A stretch of 64,000 nucleotides of DNA, taken from Mobula hypostoma. Taxonomy: Eukaryota. The stretch lies in NCBI RefSeq assembly GCF_963921235.1, contig NC_086109.1:17114001-17178000 (forward strand), in the 5' to 3' direction. The notes beneath the pieces are model-generated. The model was not told the DNA's origin. It ran no database searches and saw only the letters and a list, made by a program, of their open reading frames with translations. Shown one piece after another: positions 62,730 to 64,000 of the stretch (position 1 is the first letter of the stretch; every line of letters starts with the position of its first letter). Both the position numbers and the translations under genes were made by a program.

Positions 62730-63370
62730 AATTAAAAGAGAGTTGGTATTTTGGTTTTTATTCCAAGAGGATTTTAATGCAGGAGTTACAATACCTTACT
62801 GTCTTATACAATCCTTTAGTTACACAAGATCTTCACTACTATAAACAAATTTTTCAGAGCAACTACAGAATCTCTTGTATTTATGTACAATATTAATTTC
62901 CTTATCAAGAAAAAGATATCCTGGCAGGAAGGCATGAAAGAACTTCATCAGCAACACACAAATGTTGGAGCAGGAACTCAGGAGGTCAGGCAGCATCTAT
63001 GGAAAAGAGTAAACAGTTGACATTTCCAGCCGAGACCCTTCTACAGGACAGATTCATCAGACTAGTTCCTAGAATGCCAGGTTTGCCATTTGAGAAATTT
63101 AATAGACAAGTTGTGTGTGCAACCAGTTTAGACAAGAGGTAATCTCACTGCACTGAGAAATTTCTTCACTCAGGTGTTAAATCTTCGGAATTCTCCTCTC
63201 CAGAAGGCTATGGAAGCTCAGTCATTCACTTCAACCAAAACTAGTCAATATATTCTATATCAACAGAATTGCAAATAGTGCAAAAAAGTGCCACAATGAT
63301 CAATGAATGGCAAAACATGCTCAAAAATGGCCAGATGGTATACTTCTGCATCTAATTATACTTGCCTTTT
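62730..63370 (+). mobile_element. Old CR1-type LINE 3' fragment with a nested minus-strand PLE terminus (~62950-63050)
   Basis: GAGAAATTTCTTCACTCAG...GGAATTCTC; PLE terminal sequence flanked by TTCATCAG-like repeats. Confidence 0.6.
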
Positions 63371-63653
63371 CAGATTTGTGTAATGCATTTTTAAAAGTTA
63401 AAATCTCCGTAAGTTTTAATGCTCTGGTTGTGTTGCAACACAGACAAATTAGAAGTTCAAGCCAGGGGATGACTGGAGGGATTCATTTATTTTTATTCCA
63501 AGATACGGAGATCTTGATTCAGAGCATAATTTAGGCAAGATCTAAGAATTGTTTACTGTTCAGTAGTTAAAAACATGCAATCAAGGCCAACATTCATGGC
63601 ACCAGAGCATGTTACACTTTTAAAAAATGTTTTCTGCTATGCAACATCAAATA

Positions 63654-64000
63654 CAGTGGCATGCAAAAGTTTGGACACCCCAGTCAAAACTTCTGTTATT
63701 ATGAATACCTAAGCGAGTAAAAGATGACCTGATTTCCAAAAAGCATAAAGTTAAAGATGACACATTTGTTTAATACTTTAAGCAAGATTACTTTTTTTAT
63801 TTCCATCTTTTACAGTTTCAAAATAAAAAAAAGGAAAAGGGCCCGAAGCAAAAGTTTGGGCACCCTCCATGGTCAGTACTTAGTAACAACCCCTTTGGCA
63901 AGTATCACAGCTTGTAAACGCTTTCTGTAGCCAGCTAAGAGTCTTTCAATTCTTGTTTGGGGGATTTTCGCCCATTCTTCCTTGCAGAATGCTTCTAATT
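63654..64000 (-). mobile_element. Tc1 transposon right end (IR/DR type); runs off the window
   Basis: TA|CAGTGGCATGCAAAAGTTTGGACACCC with an inner direct repeat GCAAAAGTTTGGGCACCC at ~63848. Confidence 0.9.
63873..63998 (-). CDS. Tc1 transposase C-terminus, partial: LEAFCKEEWAKIPQTRIERLLAGYRKRLQAVILAKGVVTKY*
   Basis: Open 42-codon frame with the typical Tc1 C-terminal EEW..IP...RL.AVI.AKG..TKY motif. Confidence 0.8.
   Translation of the reverse strand, partial: LEAFCKEEWAKIPQTRIERLLAGYRKRLQAVILAKGVVTKY

Overview
This is vertebrate genomic DNA. The repeat landscape (CR1/HER1-type LINEs, V-SINE/HE1-like SINEs, Rex1/Babar LINEs, Penelope-like elements, Tc1 and hAT transposons) suggests a cartilaginous fish, which is an inference. 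The only protein-coding gene I can support is DSTYK (dual serine/threonine and tyrosine protein kinase) on the minus strand. Eleven coding exons lie between 42736 and 19097, all GT-AG and phase-consistent, giving 2142 nt = 713 codons plus stop. They correspond to orthologous exons 3-13 (numbering from memory). Exons 1-2 were not found and probably lie beyond position 64000. A probable ~6 kb 3' UTR ends near 13080. The rest is intronic or intergenic and dense with nested transposon remnants. Most notable observations: (1) minimal hammerhead ribozyme motifs in Penelope-like termini, intact at 54414-54449 and 11043-11078; (2) palindromic fold-back inserts, including a perfect 118-bp palindrome with a 15-bp TSD; (3) a three-copy ~650-bp non-autonomous retroelement with a YY1-type head and a 3' stem-loop; (4) a composite mini-MITE transposon carrying captured DNA; (5) a non-TE 116-nt hairpin near exon 3; (6) a tandem-stop C-terminus of DSTYK. 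I cannot claim a clearly new biological system. These are candidates, and repeat boundaries are approximate unless a TSD is given.
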